Source of the DNA: a virus
Lineage: Duplodnaviria; Caudoviricetes
Strand: one strand, 5' to 3'
Length of the DNA stretch: 54,595 nucleotides
IMG/VR virus record: IMGVR_UViG_3300027872_000007
Coordinates: 1 to 54,595 of that record
A program made the translations under genes and the position numbers. The notes beneath the pieces are model-generated. The model was not told where the DNA came from. It did no database searches and saw only the letters and a list, made by a program, of their open reading frames with translations. Below are positions 30,444 to 39,300 of the stretch, in pieces (position 1 is the stretch's first letter; each line of letters opens with the position of its first letter).

Positions 30444-30859
30444 AGAGACATGCAATCGAACGCTTCGGGCGTTTCCGTCACACAAAGAAGTTGCGTATCG
30501 GAAATGACCACCCAAAGGGTGCCATCCTGCGTCCGAAACTTCTCGCCGTCATGCTTTCCAAACTGCACCCAATCGCCAACGACGCATCCGTGCGCCTGCA
30601 TCAACTTCAATTGCGATCGGGTAACCGCTTGAAAACACAACGGTCCCATGTCCCTAACCATGCCAACGTAAGTACTGAACTCCCTTTGCTCCAGATACTC
30701 ATCCGGCATCTCGATACCACCAGCAGACATCTTTGGTGGCTCCGGGATCTGCACCGCGATGCGCCACAAATCGATCTTCCCTGGGTAGTTCTTTTGTACA
30801 AACGTGTCCAGCAGTGTTGCTGGCGCCTGCGCATCTTGCGCCTCAGCTTCGCTATTCAC
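30440..30859 (-). CDS. groES: GroES-like co-chaperonin
   Basis: WRIAV..KMSAGGIEMPD..VGMVRDMGP..VGDWVQFGKHDG..ISDTQLL. Likely GTG start at 30859. Confidence 0.8.
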   Translation of the reverse strand: MNSEAEAQDAQAPATLLDTFVQKNYPGKIDLWRIAVQIPEPPKMSAGGIEMPDEYLEQREFSTYVGMVRDMGPLCFQAVTRSQLKLMQAHGCVVGDWVQFGKHDGEKFRTQDGTLWVVISDTQLLCVTETPEAFDCMSL

Positions 30860-31052
30860 CTGTTTCCTCCTCTCCTTCAACCTGCTCAAGAAACTCGCGA
30901 GTAATCTCCATGATCCAGCGAAGTTCGGCGTTCCTGCCGACCAACTTCATGTACTGATCATGCGGCACACCTTTGTCCATGTTGGCGTGATTCTCCGCGA
31001 GACGTTCCTTGGCTCGATTGAGGACGAGTTCTGCAATCCTAAGTGCAGACAT
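30852..31052 (-). CDS. Small helical protein upstream of GroES
   Basis: G..HDQYMKLVG..AEL pattern in a conserved position. Confidence 0.65.
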   Translation of the reverse strand: MSALRIAELVLNRAKERLAENHANMDKGVPHDQYMKLVGRNAELRWIMEITREFLEQVEGEEETGE

Positions 31053-31067
31053 CGCCTGCTCCTGTTG

Positions 31068-31226
31068 TTAGCCGCCTTCGCCGGCCCCAGTGCTTTGGTA
31101 CTTGCCCATTGCACCTTTGGCTTTCATGCCGACTTTACCAGTGCCCATCGTGCCTCTGGCCAATAACTTCTTGCCCTTCGGCTTTGAACTGTGCATTTGG
31201 TTAGGCGGCTTGCTACCCATTTTCAT
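31068..31226 (-). CDS. Small basic G/K-rich protein (52 aa, not in ORF track)
   Basis: MKMGSKPPNQMHSSKPKGKKLLARGTMGTGKVGMKAKGAMGKYQSTGAGEGG; start overlaps the upstream stop. Confidence 0.55.
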   Translation of the reverse strand: MKMGSKPPNQMHSSKPKGKKLLARGTMGTGKVGMKAKGAMGKYQSTGAGEGG

Positions 31227-31405
31227 CAGTAGCCGCCCTTGCTGGCACCGCTGTCGGAGCCGCTGCCTGTTTTCTGATGCTTACCCATAGCACCAGAGAC
31301 ACTGTGTTGACCGCCGCCCTTCGGGCTTCCTGACTTGCTCGCACTGCGACCAACTTTCTTGTCAGCTTTCGGCTTCGGCGGCACGAGATAATCACTCATT
31401 GCCAT
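31226..31405 (-). CDS. Small basic G/S/K-rich protein
   Basis: GGAG SD; shares GAMGKxQxTGxG with the next gene. Confidence 0.55.
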   Translation of the reverse strand: MAMSDYLVPPKPKADKKVGRSASKSGSPKGGGQHSVSGAMGKHQKTGSGSDSGASKGGY

Positions 31406-31443
31406 CTCCACATGCTACGTCGATCTTACTTCGGGCTCGACGC

Positions 31444-31668
31444 TTACCCTTTATCTGCTTCAGCAGCAATCACCGACAATCGGAACTGCTGCTGACCTTG
31501 ACCGCCAGAGTATAACCGGGAGATCAGTCGTAGCAAACTCCGGAAGCCCATGTTGAGTTCCTTGGCTGAATTGGCAAACTTGCGCGGCGGGATGTCAGAT
31601 GACATCGCACCTTGTCCGCGCAGGAATGCCCTCGCTGCACGAACCTCTTTAGGACTCGCCAGTGCCAA
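31444..31668 (-). CDS. Hypothetical protein
   Basis: TTG start after GAGGA (LALASPKEVRAARAFLR...). Confidence 0.5.
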   Translation of the reverse strand: MALASPKEVRAARAFLRGQGAMSSDIPPRKFANSAKELNMGFRSLLRLISRLYSGGQGQQQFRLSVIAAEADKG

Positions 31669-31804
31669 GTTTCTTCCTCGCTTTCCGACGCTTCTCACGA
31701 CGATCCTTCTCCACGGCTTCGATCTCATGCGCCGTTTTGCGGATCTGCTTGCGCACCTTCTCTGCCGGCGATGGCTTCGGTGCGTCAGTCTTTTTGTCAG
31801 CCAT
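31649..31804 (-). CDS. Small basic protein (51 aa, not in ORF track)
   Basis: MADKKTDAPKPSPAEKVRKQIRK...; ATG overlaps the portal stop. Confidence 0.5.
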   Translation of the reverse strand: MADKKTDAPKPSPAEKVRKQIRKTAHEIEAVEKDRREKRRKARKKLGTGES

Positions 31805-34290
31805 TACTTTTTCCTCTTGCGCTGTTTGCTGGTGCTGCTTTTCGGTGCGCTCACTGGCCCCTTTCCGAACGTGGCTTGAGCATGAGCTTTCTTGTCCAGG
31901 CGGCGAACTTCGGCTCTCGATTCTTTGTCCTTGCGTTTTTGCTCGGCATCGGACTCCTTGTCGAGCCGCTTCTTCCCGGCATCGGATTCTTCGTCTTTCC
32001 GATCGATGCCAGCTTCTGTCTCAGCTCTACCACGCTCGATCTTGCCAATGGTCTCCAGGTCAGCCTCGTCTTCGAGGCGCTGTTGCTCGTCCTGCTCGGC
32101 CTGTTCTTCAGGCGTCTTCGCAGGCGGTGGCGGTGGTCGCAGCTTCTTGGCCACGGCCTGACTGATCAATTGCTCAAGCTCAGGTGGAAGGTCCTCGTTT
32201 TCACTTGGATCGTCCAGGTTAATGTATGGGAGTTGCGTACCCAGCTCGGCCTCGACTTGCTGCCGATACAGATACGCTTTGTGTTCCATGACGTGCGCCT
32301 GAATCACCGGCTCCAGGTTCGCTACCAGGTCCGGGTTCTCCGCGGCCTGGGTCTCTGCAAAATTCATGTGCACAGCGACGTGCGCTTGATGATCCTGAAG
32401 GGGATACACGGTCGCCGCGGCGCCGGTCATGAAGCCCATGTTCTCGCTCACTGGATCCAGCGGTGCATCGCTCTCCTCCGGCATGATCTGATCGACATCC
32501 GGAATACGAAGGGCTTCGAGCATGCGTCGATGCGCAATCTTTTTCTGCTTCTTCGGATACAGCTCTGGAGCCGCGGTGATCAGTTCCAGGATTGCCTGGT
32601 TCTGCGCGATGCGCTGCGTTGATGACCAGATGTTCGGATCCGATACCGGGATGATGTCCACGCGGCCATCGAAATCCTGTTTCAGGATCTTGCGCTCCTC
32701 GCCCTGGACCTCGTAGGGATACTCGTCCACGTCCATGAACTCGTAGTTCAGCGTGGCCATCATCTTGAACTCTTGCCGCGCCGAGACGTGCATGCGCTTG
32801 TGGATGCCGCTGAACACCTTCGAGCCCTGTTCTATGAGCGCCAGAGTCGTGCCAACGGGCCCGGTGTTCGAGGCATCACCGATCATGTTCTCAGTGGTGG
32901 TGGCAAAGCGCCGGCCTTCCTTGACCAACGTCTCAACAAGGGTAGCGAGAGCTGTCGATGGCTCTTTCACCGGCAGGTTGAAGAACGCCTTCTCCAACTC
33001 GTCGGCAGACATATCGACATCGATCCACTCGCCCGGAGTGAAACGTATCTCCCCGGCAACCTTGGCTTCCTTGGATTTGAATCCACCCTGTAGGTTTGCC
33101 ACCGAGGCACTATCAAGCAGGGCACGAATGCCACCACTGACTGCCTTCGCAAGTGAGCCAATTATGTGTAGAAGCCCAAAACCGTAAAAGCCAAGGCCGG
33201 GGAGATACTTGTAGTGGGTGAACCAGATGCGCTTCTTCATCAGCTCGTCGTCGTGCTTCCAGTTGCGACGAACTGCCAGGACCTCGCGAGACTCAGCCTC
33301 GACCGTGACGATGTACGGTGGCGCTATGTCGGAGTTTTCGTCCCATGGCATGTGGTAATCGATGTGGTATTCGAGGATCGTGTAGATCGTGTCATCGTAA
33401 TGTTGCTGCGGCGAACGATCGTCGGCCACGTCCTCCATGTCGTACCGGGAAAAGCTGGTGTTCTTATCGACGATGATCTGCGGTGTCGGCACTAACCGTG
33501 CATCCTCGATGAATGATCCCGCCTCCTGGGCCCGATAAACATCATTCTCCGGCATTTCGTACTTGTGACAATACCGCGGCGCGTTCGCAAGAGTTCGCGC
33601 ATGGTAGGGAACAATAAAGTCCTCTGCGGTCACAAAGCGTGATGTCGTCATGCCGGTGATCGGGTCGATGTAGACTTTCTTGAAAGCCGAACCTGATAAG
33701 GGAAGGTAGAAAAGCATCTGGTCCGTTGACCAGTAATACTCCTCATCGGCTTCCGTGAGCTGGTAGTTCATGTAGTCAGCGAGTCGCTCACCCTGCTCTA
33801 CCTTCTCGTCGGTCGCCTCGCCCATGATGTAAGGCTTTACCGGGCCCGAAGGCGGGAAGAACTCCTCAATCGCTCGCGCCTGGAACTGCGTGGTGGCTTC
33901 AGCGATGAGTGGATGCTGGACCGTGGCCGCACCCTTGAACGGTACATCGGATGCTGGCTCGTCCGTCAGGCCCATAAGCCTGAGTCCATCAGCCAGCCGG
34001 TTGAAGTGTTCTTCGCGAACCTGCTCATCGATCTCGTAGTACTCGATCAGCTCATCCGCGATGGCCATGCGTTCTTGAGCAGACAGTTCCTCGGCTAGAT
34101 TGTCGTTCCAACCGTCAGGCGATGCTTCGTCATGATCGATGTCCGCGTATTCAGCGATCTCACCTTTCGGAATCACTGAAATGGTTCCGTCATCGTTGTG
34201 GCGAATGACGTTCTTTTCAGTGTACTGCTCGGCCTCCTTGAAGGTCGGCATCGTCTTCATTGTCGAAAGCAGATCTGCTCTAGCTGCCAT
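31804..34290 (-). CDS. Portal protein
   Basis: PFKGAATVQHPLIAEATTQFQARA, YMNYQL, LPLSGSAFKKVY, GLGFYGFGLLH, PVGTTLALIEQG, DFDGRVDIIPVSDPN. Confidence 0.9.
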   Translation of the reverse strand: MAARADLLSTMKTMPTFKEAEQYTEKNVIRHNDDGTISVIPKGEIAEYADIDHDEASPDGWNDNLAEELSAQERMAIADELIEYYEIDEQVREEHFNRLADGLRLMGLTDEPASDVPFKGAATVQHPLIAEATTQFQARAIEEFFPPSGPVKPYIMGEATDEKVEQGERLADYMNYQLTEADEEYYWSTDQMLFYLPLSGSAFKKVYIDPITGMTTSRFVTAEDFIVPYHARTLANAPRYCHKYEMPENDVYRAQEAGSFIEDARLVPTPQIIVDKNTSFSRYDMEDVADDRSPQQHYDDTIYTILEYHIDYHMPWDENSDIAPPYIVTVEAESREVLAVRRNWKHDDELMKKRIWFTHYKYLPGLGFYGFGLLHIIGSLAKAVSGGIRALLDSASVANLQGGFKSKEAKVAGEIRFTPGEWIDVDMSADELEKAFFNLPVKEPSTALATLVETLVKEGRRFATTTENMIGDASNTGPVGTTLALIEQGSKVFSGIHKRMHVSARQEFKMMATLNYEFMDVDEYPYEVQGEERKILKQDFDGRVDIIPVSDPNIWSSTQRIAQNQAILELITAAPELYPKKQKKIAHRRMLEALRIPDVDQIMPEESDAPLDPVSENMGFMTGAAATVYPLQDHQAHVAVHMNFAETQAAENPDLVANLEPVIQAHVMEHKAYLYRQQVEAELGTQLPYINLDDPSENEDLPPELEQLISQAVAKKLRPPPPPAKTPEEQAEQDEQQRLEDEADLETIGKIERGRAETEAGIDRKDEESDAGKKRLDKESDAEQKRKDKESRAEVRRLDKKAHAQATFGKGPVSAPKSSTSKQRKRKK

Positions 34291-34350
34291 ACAACCTCCC
34301 ACGACCGACGATCGTCGGTAATGGTCTTCGTGGGCGGCGAAGATATTCGG

Positions 34351-34379
34351 ATTCTAGTCCGTACTTGGCGCTATGTCAT
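34351..34379 (-). promoter_or_regulatory. Candidate sigma70 promoter for portal
   Basis: ATGACA-17nt-TAGAAT, about 60 nt upstream of the portal ATG. Confidence 0.55.
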
Positions 34380-34386
34380 CCTTTCA

Positions 34387-34659
34387 TCAAAACGCTCCAG
34401 TACGGGGATGGAATTGGACATCCCCCTCGACTCGCGGTGGCCACTCCCAATAATGTCCACCAGCTCTCATCTCAGGATTGAGGTTATCCCGATGCGGCAC
34501 ATTACCGATCCACATTGGAGAGCCATGGGTGTCGTAAAACAACTTCAAATTTACCTTCGTGCCTGAAACAACGCCAGTCACGATAGCCGCAATTCGTTCA
34601 CCTTCCTCCGTACTCAGCGGTATGAAGTGGACGATTCGTCCGATACTCGGCATTTGCAT
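34387..34659 (-). CDS. Conserved phage hypothetical protein
   Basis: PSIGRIVHF..AAIVT.V..VNL..WEWPPRV, a motif common in phages. Confidence 0.7.
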   Translation of the reverse strand: MQMPSIGRIVHFIPLSTEEGERIAAIVTGVVSGTKVNLKLFYDTHGSPMWIGNVPHRDNLNPEMRAGGHYWEWPPRVEGDVQFHPRTGAF

Positions 34660-34661
34660 GA

Positions 34662-34928
34662 TTACTCCGTAGCGGTCTCGCCTTCGTCCTCTGACTCGTT
34701 CGCGTCGTCGTCAGGTTCCTCGACAAGCACTGTCTCCTGGAAGATCAGTGATTTCTCGGTCGCGATAATCGGACGAGACGTGCGCTCGAAAGTATCTTTC
34801 GGACACCAGCTCTCGTAGCCATCCGGATAGACGACCTTGTAACCGTCAATCGGCTCCTGGCCAACAGGTGGATTTGGATCAAGTGCTGGCTCGGCCAACA
34901 CGACCTTCGTGGTCACATACGCTTGCAT
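34662..34928 (-). CDS. Stand-alone GYxVVYPDGYESW domain (often N-terminal to DUF2829/Tad2)
   Basis: YVTTKVVLAEP..GYKVVYPDGYESWCPKDTFE. Confidence 0.65.
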   Translation of the reverse strand: MQAYVTTKVVLAEPALDPNPPVGQEPIDGYKVVYPDGYESWCPKDTFERTSRPIIATEKSLIFQETVLVEEPDDDANESEDEGETATE

Positions 34929-34937
34929 TGTTTTCTC

Positions 34938-35150
34938 CTATGGATTGCAAACGCCGTGCGGTAGTGCACGGCACTCCTCTTTGAACTCGTTGATGATGTC
35001 ATCGCCCTCAGCTTCAGCGATGATGATTGCACCAACGAAGACGCCGGCAACGATCATGGCTGTCTGTTTTTCTCTCTCGGTCCAGTTATCGATCGTCGTG
35101 CATCCAGACAAACCGATCGCCAACACGATCAATAGCAATACGCCTTTCAT
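34938..35150 (-). CDS. Small lipoprotein
   Basis: MKGVLLLIVLAIGLSGC lipobox plus a second hydrophobic segment. Confidence 0.75.
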   Translation of the reverse strand: MKGVLLLIVLAIGLSGCTTIDNWTEREKQTAMIVAGVFVGAIIIAEAEGDDIINEFKEECRALPHGVCNP

Positions 35151-35161
35151 TCCGTCTCTCC

Positions 35162-35719
35162 TCAGAAGTACCAGGTAAATCGAGCCCAAGAGTCCTGGCC
35201 AGTGTTCCAGTCGTTGACGAAACACTGGCCGAGTGCATTACACGCTTCGATCGAGGGGTTCGAGTCAGCAGCAGAGAAGTGTCGCAACTTGAATCCGATG
35301 CGCTCAGTAAACTTGAACTCGAACGATATGCCGGCACGAAACTTCGATGTCACGATTCGGTCAGCGTTCTGAAAGAAATATGGACCGAAACCGATTCGCA
35401 TGCGACCAAACCACGGATCCTTGACAATGAACTCGACGCCGGCATAGAGCTGCTCATTGATGTTCCAAACGCAGTCAGGTCGATCGCATGCCTTGAATGT
35501 CTGCGGCCCGATGTAACCGAAGCCCAGGTCGATGTGATGCTCATCGAAACGATTCACGAGCTGCACATGCACTGCATCGGTGATGTCCGCGGTAACCTGC
35601 GATACACCGATGTCGATGTACAGGTCACTCGCCTTTGCGCACGAGCCCCACATCACAAACAAGAGCAGCACCGAGACAACCATGATCGCTCCCTTGTTCT
35701 CGCTCCAGAATGCTTTCAT
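35162..35719 (-). CDS. PagL-like outer-membrane beta-barrel (lipid A deacylase / acyloxyacyl hydrolase-like)
   Basis: Signal peptide (..CAKA|S), amphipathic strands, RHFSAA..NTGQD motif and C-terminal WYF. Confidence 0.6.
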   Translation of the reverse strand: MKAFWSENKGAIMVVSVLLLFVMWGSCAKASDLYIDIGVSQVTADITDAVHVQLVNRFDEHHIDLGFGYIGPQTFKACDRPDCVWNINEQLYAGVEFIVKDPWFGRMRIGFGPYFFQNADRIVTSKFRAGISFEFKFTERIGFKLRHFSAADSNPSIEACNALGQCFVNDWNTGQDSWARFTWYF

Positions 35720-35859
35720 TTTCGGTTCCTCTTTCGGGCTTGTTTAGCGGTCTTAGCGGCCTTCCGACGCTTGGCCACGTTCTTCGCGAACCACTTGGCG
35801 TCGGTACTCCCTCCACTTCGGAGCTGGTTGCGAGCTTTGTTGCTGCCCTGCTTAGCCAC
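35716..35859 (-). CDS. Small basic peptide (47 aa, not in ORF track)
   Basis: GTG start MAKQGSNKARNQLR...; the stop overlaps the next ATG (ATGA). Confidence 0.45.
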   Translation of the reverse strand: MAKQGSNKARNQLRSGGSTDAKWFAKNVAKRRKAAKTAKQARKRNRK

Positions 35860-36004
35860 TGATCTTGTTGACGGCCCATCTCCACAGCCACACGGCGCCG
35901 TTGATAACCGAACGACCCAAATAGCTGATCGATGGAAATAAGTTCACCAGTACCAGGGCAGTTATGAAGCCCACCGACACGTCCCACAGTTGAAGATCAA
36001 ACAT
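35852..36004 (-). CDS. Small membrane protein (50 aa)
   Basis: GAGGAGG SD; hydrophobic VSVGFITALVLVNLF. Confidence 0.6.
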   Translation of the reverse strand: MFDLQLWDVSVGFITALVLVNLFPSISYLGRSVINGAVWLWRWAVNKISG

Positions 36005-36107
36005 GATGTCCTCCTCAGAGGCGGCTGCGAGGCGAAGCCAAGGGCAGTTCAACTCCGGCTTCCTTACGGGATTAACGATTCTCTGCCTCGCTTAATCGAA
36101 TGCTACC

Positions 36108-36371
36108 TCAGTCTGGGTCGCCGTGGAAGTCTGCGAAGTATCGTTTGTTGAGCCAGCTATTGAACCATCGCTGCATCCACAGGATGTCGCGCTTCTCCAT
36201 GTCCGACCAAGCACAGTCGAGAGTGTAACTGTCGTCTTTCGCATCCCGCTTATTGGTGAGGATAATCACGTCATCAATCTCGCCACGCTCTGCTTGTTGA
36301 AGCGCATGGCGCAGCGTTCGCACGGCGTCATACTCACCGACTGGCAATTCTTTCACGTTGTCATGCGCCAT
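36108..36371 (-). CDS. Hypothetical protein
   Basis: MAHDNVKELP..TLRHALQQAERGEIDDVIIL; overlaps the TerL end. Confidence 0.6.
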   Translation of the reverse strand: MAHDNVKELPVGEYDAVRTLRHALQQAERGEIDDVIILTNKRDAKDDSYTLDCAWSDMEKRDILWMQRWFNSWLNKRYFADFHGDPD

Positions 36372-37953
36372 AGAACTTCCTTGGCTGGCTGAACAGCGCC
36401 AGCTCATCGTCCTTCTCATCGTCAGGTAAGTCGATCAAGCCCATGCGCCGGATATACGCGAGCAGCATCACCACGCAGTCCACCAGGTCGTCATTCTCAC
36501 CGACCGGGAACGTCGCGCACTGATTGATAACTTCGTAGGCCCAGTTCCTGGGGATGTACCACAGCCGGCCATCCTTCAAGATCTGCGCGACCATGTGAGC
36601 CCGGAACACTTTGTCCTTGGACCCAGGCTTCACTCCGCGTATCGAGAGCCCTGCTTTACGCAGCTCCTGAATCAACGAATGACCGCTGGCCTTCTTCTCG
36701 ATCAGCGTCCAGTCAGGATGCCACTCGACATTGTGTCCGATCGCTTCGGTCTTGAGATCTGGGAACTCCACTTTGTCGTTGAACCGCTCCAGCATCAGAG
36801 CATGAACAGCCATGTCCTGTTCTCGACCGCTCTCCGAATACTCGAACAGACCAGCAGTGATCCTCGCGGAGCAGTCGTTCTCCTCGTCGGTCTCGAAAGC
36901 CGTGTCGTACACGGAGATGACCTCAGTGAACTCCGGCATTGGCATTGGCTTGCCGGCGTACTGATGGTCCTGCGGATAGCACCACTGCTTCCACCACTTC
37001 TTCTTCAAGATCAGGCCACCACCGGACGTTGGATCTTGGTTCATCTGGGCAGAGTAGTCCCTGACTGACATGGCCTTGCGCTCAGCCTTGACCTCCTCCT
37101 GGCCAAAGCGTTGCTCGTTCAGCAATTCGCCCTTCTTCTCCCTTGGGTCCTCGAATATCGCACCTTCCTTGGTCTTATGTCCCTTGCCGGCATTGAAGAA
37201 CGTGATGCAGTGCCTGGCTGGATCGTATTCCATCGGCAGCATCAGCACTTCCCATCGCTCGTCCTCGGTCATGAGGATGTGGCCGAACAGGTCAGCATCG
37301 TGCGACCGCTGCCCGATCAGGACCTTCTGCCCAGTCGTCGGATCATTGAGTCGCGATCGCAGTGAGTTGTCCCAGGCTGACAGTGTGCTGTAACGAATCA
37401 GGTCGGAGTACACGTCCGACATATTGTGCGGGTCATCGATGATGATCTTATCGCCGCCTTCGCCAGTGACCTTGCCCAGGATCGAGCCTGAGATGCGATG
37501 ACCACCGTGATTGTTGACGTAGCGATTCTTGCGATTGTCCGATGGATCCAGGTAGAACGTGTCCGCGTACCGTTCTCGAAACCAGGCCGACTCGATCAGC
37601 CGGCGAGACTTGACTGCATCTCGGATGGCCAGCTCCTGAGCGTAAGAGGCGAACAGGAACTGCACTCCTGGATCCAGTAGCCACTCCCACACCGGCCACA
37701 ACACACTCGCGGTCAGACTCTTGGTCTGCCGCGGTGGGATATTGATCATCAAATTGCGAATGTCACCGAACGTGACATAGGCGAGGTGGTCACAGATAGC
37801 GTCCAGGTGCCAGTTGTTCTTGAACTGCTTCGGCTCTACGACCGGCCAGGCAACGGCAACGAACTCTCTCAGATCTCTCCGATAGAACTCGGCTTGGGCT
37901 TGCGTGAGTTGCTTGGATACCGCTTCTTGAACGCTGAGTGCATCCGCGACCAC
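36361..37953 (-). CDS. terL: Terminase large subunit
   Basis: Walker A INIPPRQTKS, Walker B IIIDDP, nuclease residues YDTA, IEKKASG and NDDLVD. Confidence 0.95.
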   Translation of the reverse strand: MVADALSVQEAVSKQLTQAQAEFYRRDLREFVAVAWPVVEPKQFKNNWHLDAICDHLAYVTFGDIRNLMINIPPRQTKSLTASVLWPVWEWLLDPGVQFLFASYAQELAIRDAVKSRRLIESAWFRERYADTFYLDPSDNRKNRYVNNHGGHRISGSILGKVTGEGGDKIIIDDPHNMSDVYSDLIRYSTLSAWDNSLRSRLNDPTTGQKVLIGQRSHDADLFGHILMTEDERWEVLMLPMEYDPARHCITFFNAGKGHKTKEGAIFEDPREKKGELLNEQRFGQEEVKAERKAMSVRDYSAQMNQDPTSGGGLILKKKWWKQWCYPQDHQYAGKPMPMPEFTEVISVYDTAFETDEENDCSARITAGLFEYSESGREQDMAVHALMLERFNDKVEFPDLKTEAIGHNVEWHPDWTLIEKKASGHSLIQELRKAGLSIRGVKPGSKDKVFRAHMVAQILKDGRLWYIPRNWAYEVINQCATFPVGENDDLVDCVVMLLAYIRRMGLIDLPDDEKDDELALFSQPRKFYGA

Positions 37954-37954
37954 C

Positions 37955-38125
37955 TCATTGACACTCCTTGCACTTGGCTCGCTTCACATGGGCCCTGGAC
38001 TCAGTTCGGAGCTGGCTATGCCCACATTCGAGATGCCGGATCCATATATCCGTTTCAGGGATACAGCCTCGTTGAGGTTTGAAGCTAACGTATTCGCATT
38101 TTTCGACCAGCATTAGAGACATCAT
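37955..38125 (-). CDS. Small Zn-binding protein
   Basis: LECGH..CKEC. Confidence 0.5.
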   Translation of the reverse strand: MMSLMLVEKCEYVSFKPQRGCIPETDIWIRHLECGHSQLRTESRAHVKRAKCKECQ

Positions 38126-38487
38126 AAATTCCCCGCTGATAATCCCTTGTAGCGGTGCAATAGAGTGTCCCAGCACCACCGTCTATTCAGGACCACCGCT
38201 ATCGCACCATTGTCCATCGCAGTGAAACGAGCAGTCTCGACGATAGGCTCACCCTGGTCGGTCTCTGTCGTGAAGCGCAGCATGTTGAACTTGCGCGGCC
38301 AGGTGTGGAAGACAATGCCCAGGTGGATCACTGGCTCCTTTGGGTTATCCCGCTGACGCAGGAACACCCAGGTATGCGGACGTAGTACGGGCGCATGCAG
38401 TACCTTGCCAAGCATAAGCGCCCGAATGTAAAGCACCGTCTCCGACAGCTTCGGGCGTTGTTGAGGACTGTTTGATTCGTTGGCCAT
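38122..38487 (-). CDS. Hypothetical protein
   Basis: Translationally coupled at both ends. Confidence 0.55.
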   Translation of the reverse strand: MANESNSPQQRPKLSETVLYIRALMLGKVLHAPVLRPHTWVFLRQRDNPKEPVIHLGIVFHTWPRKFNMLRFTTETDQGEPIVETARFTAMDNGAIAVVLNRRWCWDTLLHRYKGLSAGNL

Positions 38488-38714
38488 CACATATCGTGCT
38501 TGTTGCGGTGGTGGGCTGGCCTGTCCGGGCAACCAGTAACATGCGGGTTGCCGGCCTTCTTGCCGTGCGGGTTACCTTTCTTGTGCGACTTCTTCTCGAT
38601 GCCGGCCTCGCTCATAGCAATCGCTACTGCTTGCTTTTGTGGTCTACCTGAGTGGACCAGCTCGCTGATGTTCCCGCTCACGACCTCTTTGCTGCTGCCT
38701 TGCTTGAGTGGCAT
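38487..38714 (-). CDS. Small basic protein common near terminases
   Basis: [38 protein letters not shown]. Confidence 0.7.
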   Translation of the reverse strand: MPLKQGSSKEVVSGNISELVHSGRPQKQAVAIAMSEAGIEKKSHKKGNPHGKKAGNPHVTGCPDRPAHHRNKHDM

Positions 38715-38752
38715 GTCATCCTCCAGGGCGGCCACGGCATTCTAACCTGTTT

Positions 38753-38995
38753 CTAACCTAAAGGTGGCGGTATGATCCGTTCGTACTTCACCAGGGCCTG
38801 AGCGTAATGATCAAAGTCATTCGGCAGGTTGATGTCGTTCGGGCCAATCTCCCGGTGAATGTTGCGCTCGTAAGCAAGACAGATGCCACCCAGCGGCTGC
38901 CAACCTTGCTCCATGTGCAAGACGACCTCATCAACCAAGAAGTCAGAATTACAGGCCACGATCACGGTGTAGTCGATGATCTTCCTCTCGTCCAT
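38753..38995 (-). CDS. DUF1737-like protein
   Basis: Y..I....LVDEV...MEQGWQPLGG..YAQALVK. Confidence 0.7.
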   Translation of the reverse strand: MDERKIIDYTVIVACNSDFLVDEVVLHMEQGWQPLGGICLAYERNIHREIGPNDINLPNDFDHYAQALVKYERIIPPPLG

Positions 38996-39300
38996 CAGCC
39001 CATCGCCCATACATAGATTTTGCTTCGACCAAACTGGTGAAGAAACCATCCATCCAGCCAGATGGGCCATGGCGACTTTCCTGCATCTGGTCCATCGAAG
39101 GCTTTCCATATCCTCCCATAGAGTGCAGGAGGAGTTAAAATGTAGTATTCATCATGCCGCGGTGGGCTCGTTGAAACATGCAAGTCAAAAGTTTTCTCTA
39201 CGTTGAAATACTTTCTCGTGTACTCGGCACAAACTCTCTTACCGTCAGCCGTCCAGTAGTCGCCGTCCCTCAGCTTAAACTCCAATACTTTCTTCGTCAC
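38995..39300 (-). CDS. Hypothetical protein
   Basis: GTG start overlapping the upstream stop. Confidence 0.55.
   Translation of the reverse strand: MTKKVLEFKLRDGDYWTADGKRVCAEYTRKYFNVEKTFDLHVSTSPPRHDEYYILTPPALYGRIWKAFDGPDAGKSPWPIWLDGWFLHQFGRSKIYVWAMG

Noticed and set aside
35852-36004. Holin call for the small membrane protein
   Set aside because: No endolysin nearby and no family motif, so it is left as a generic membrane protein.
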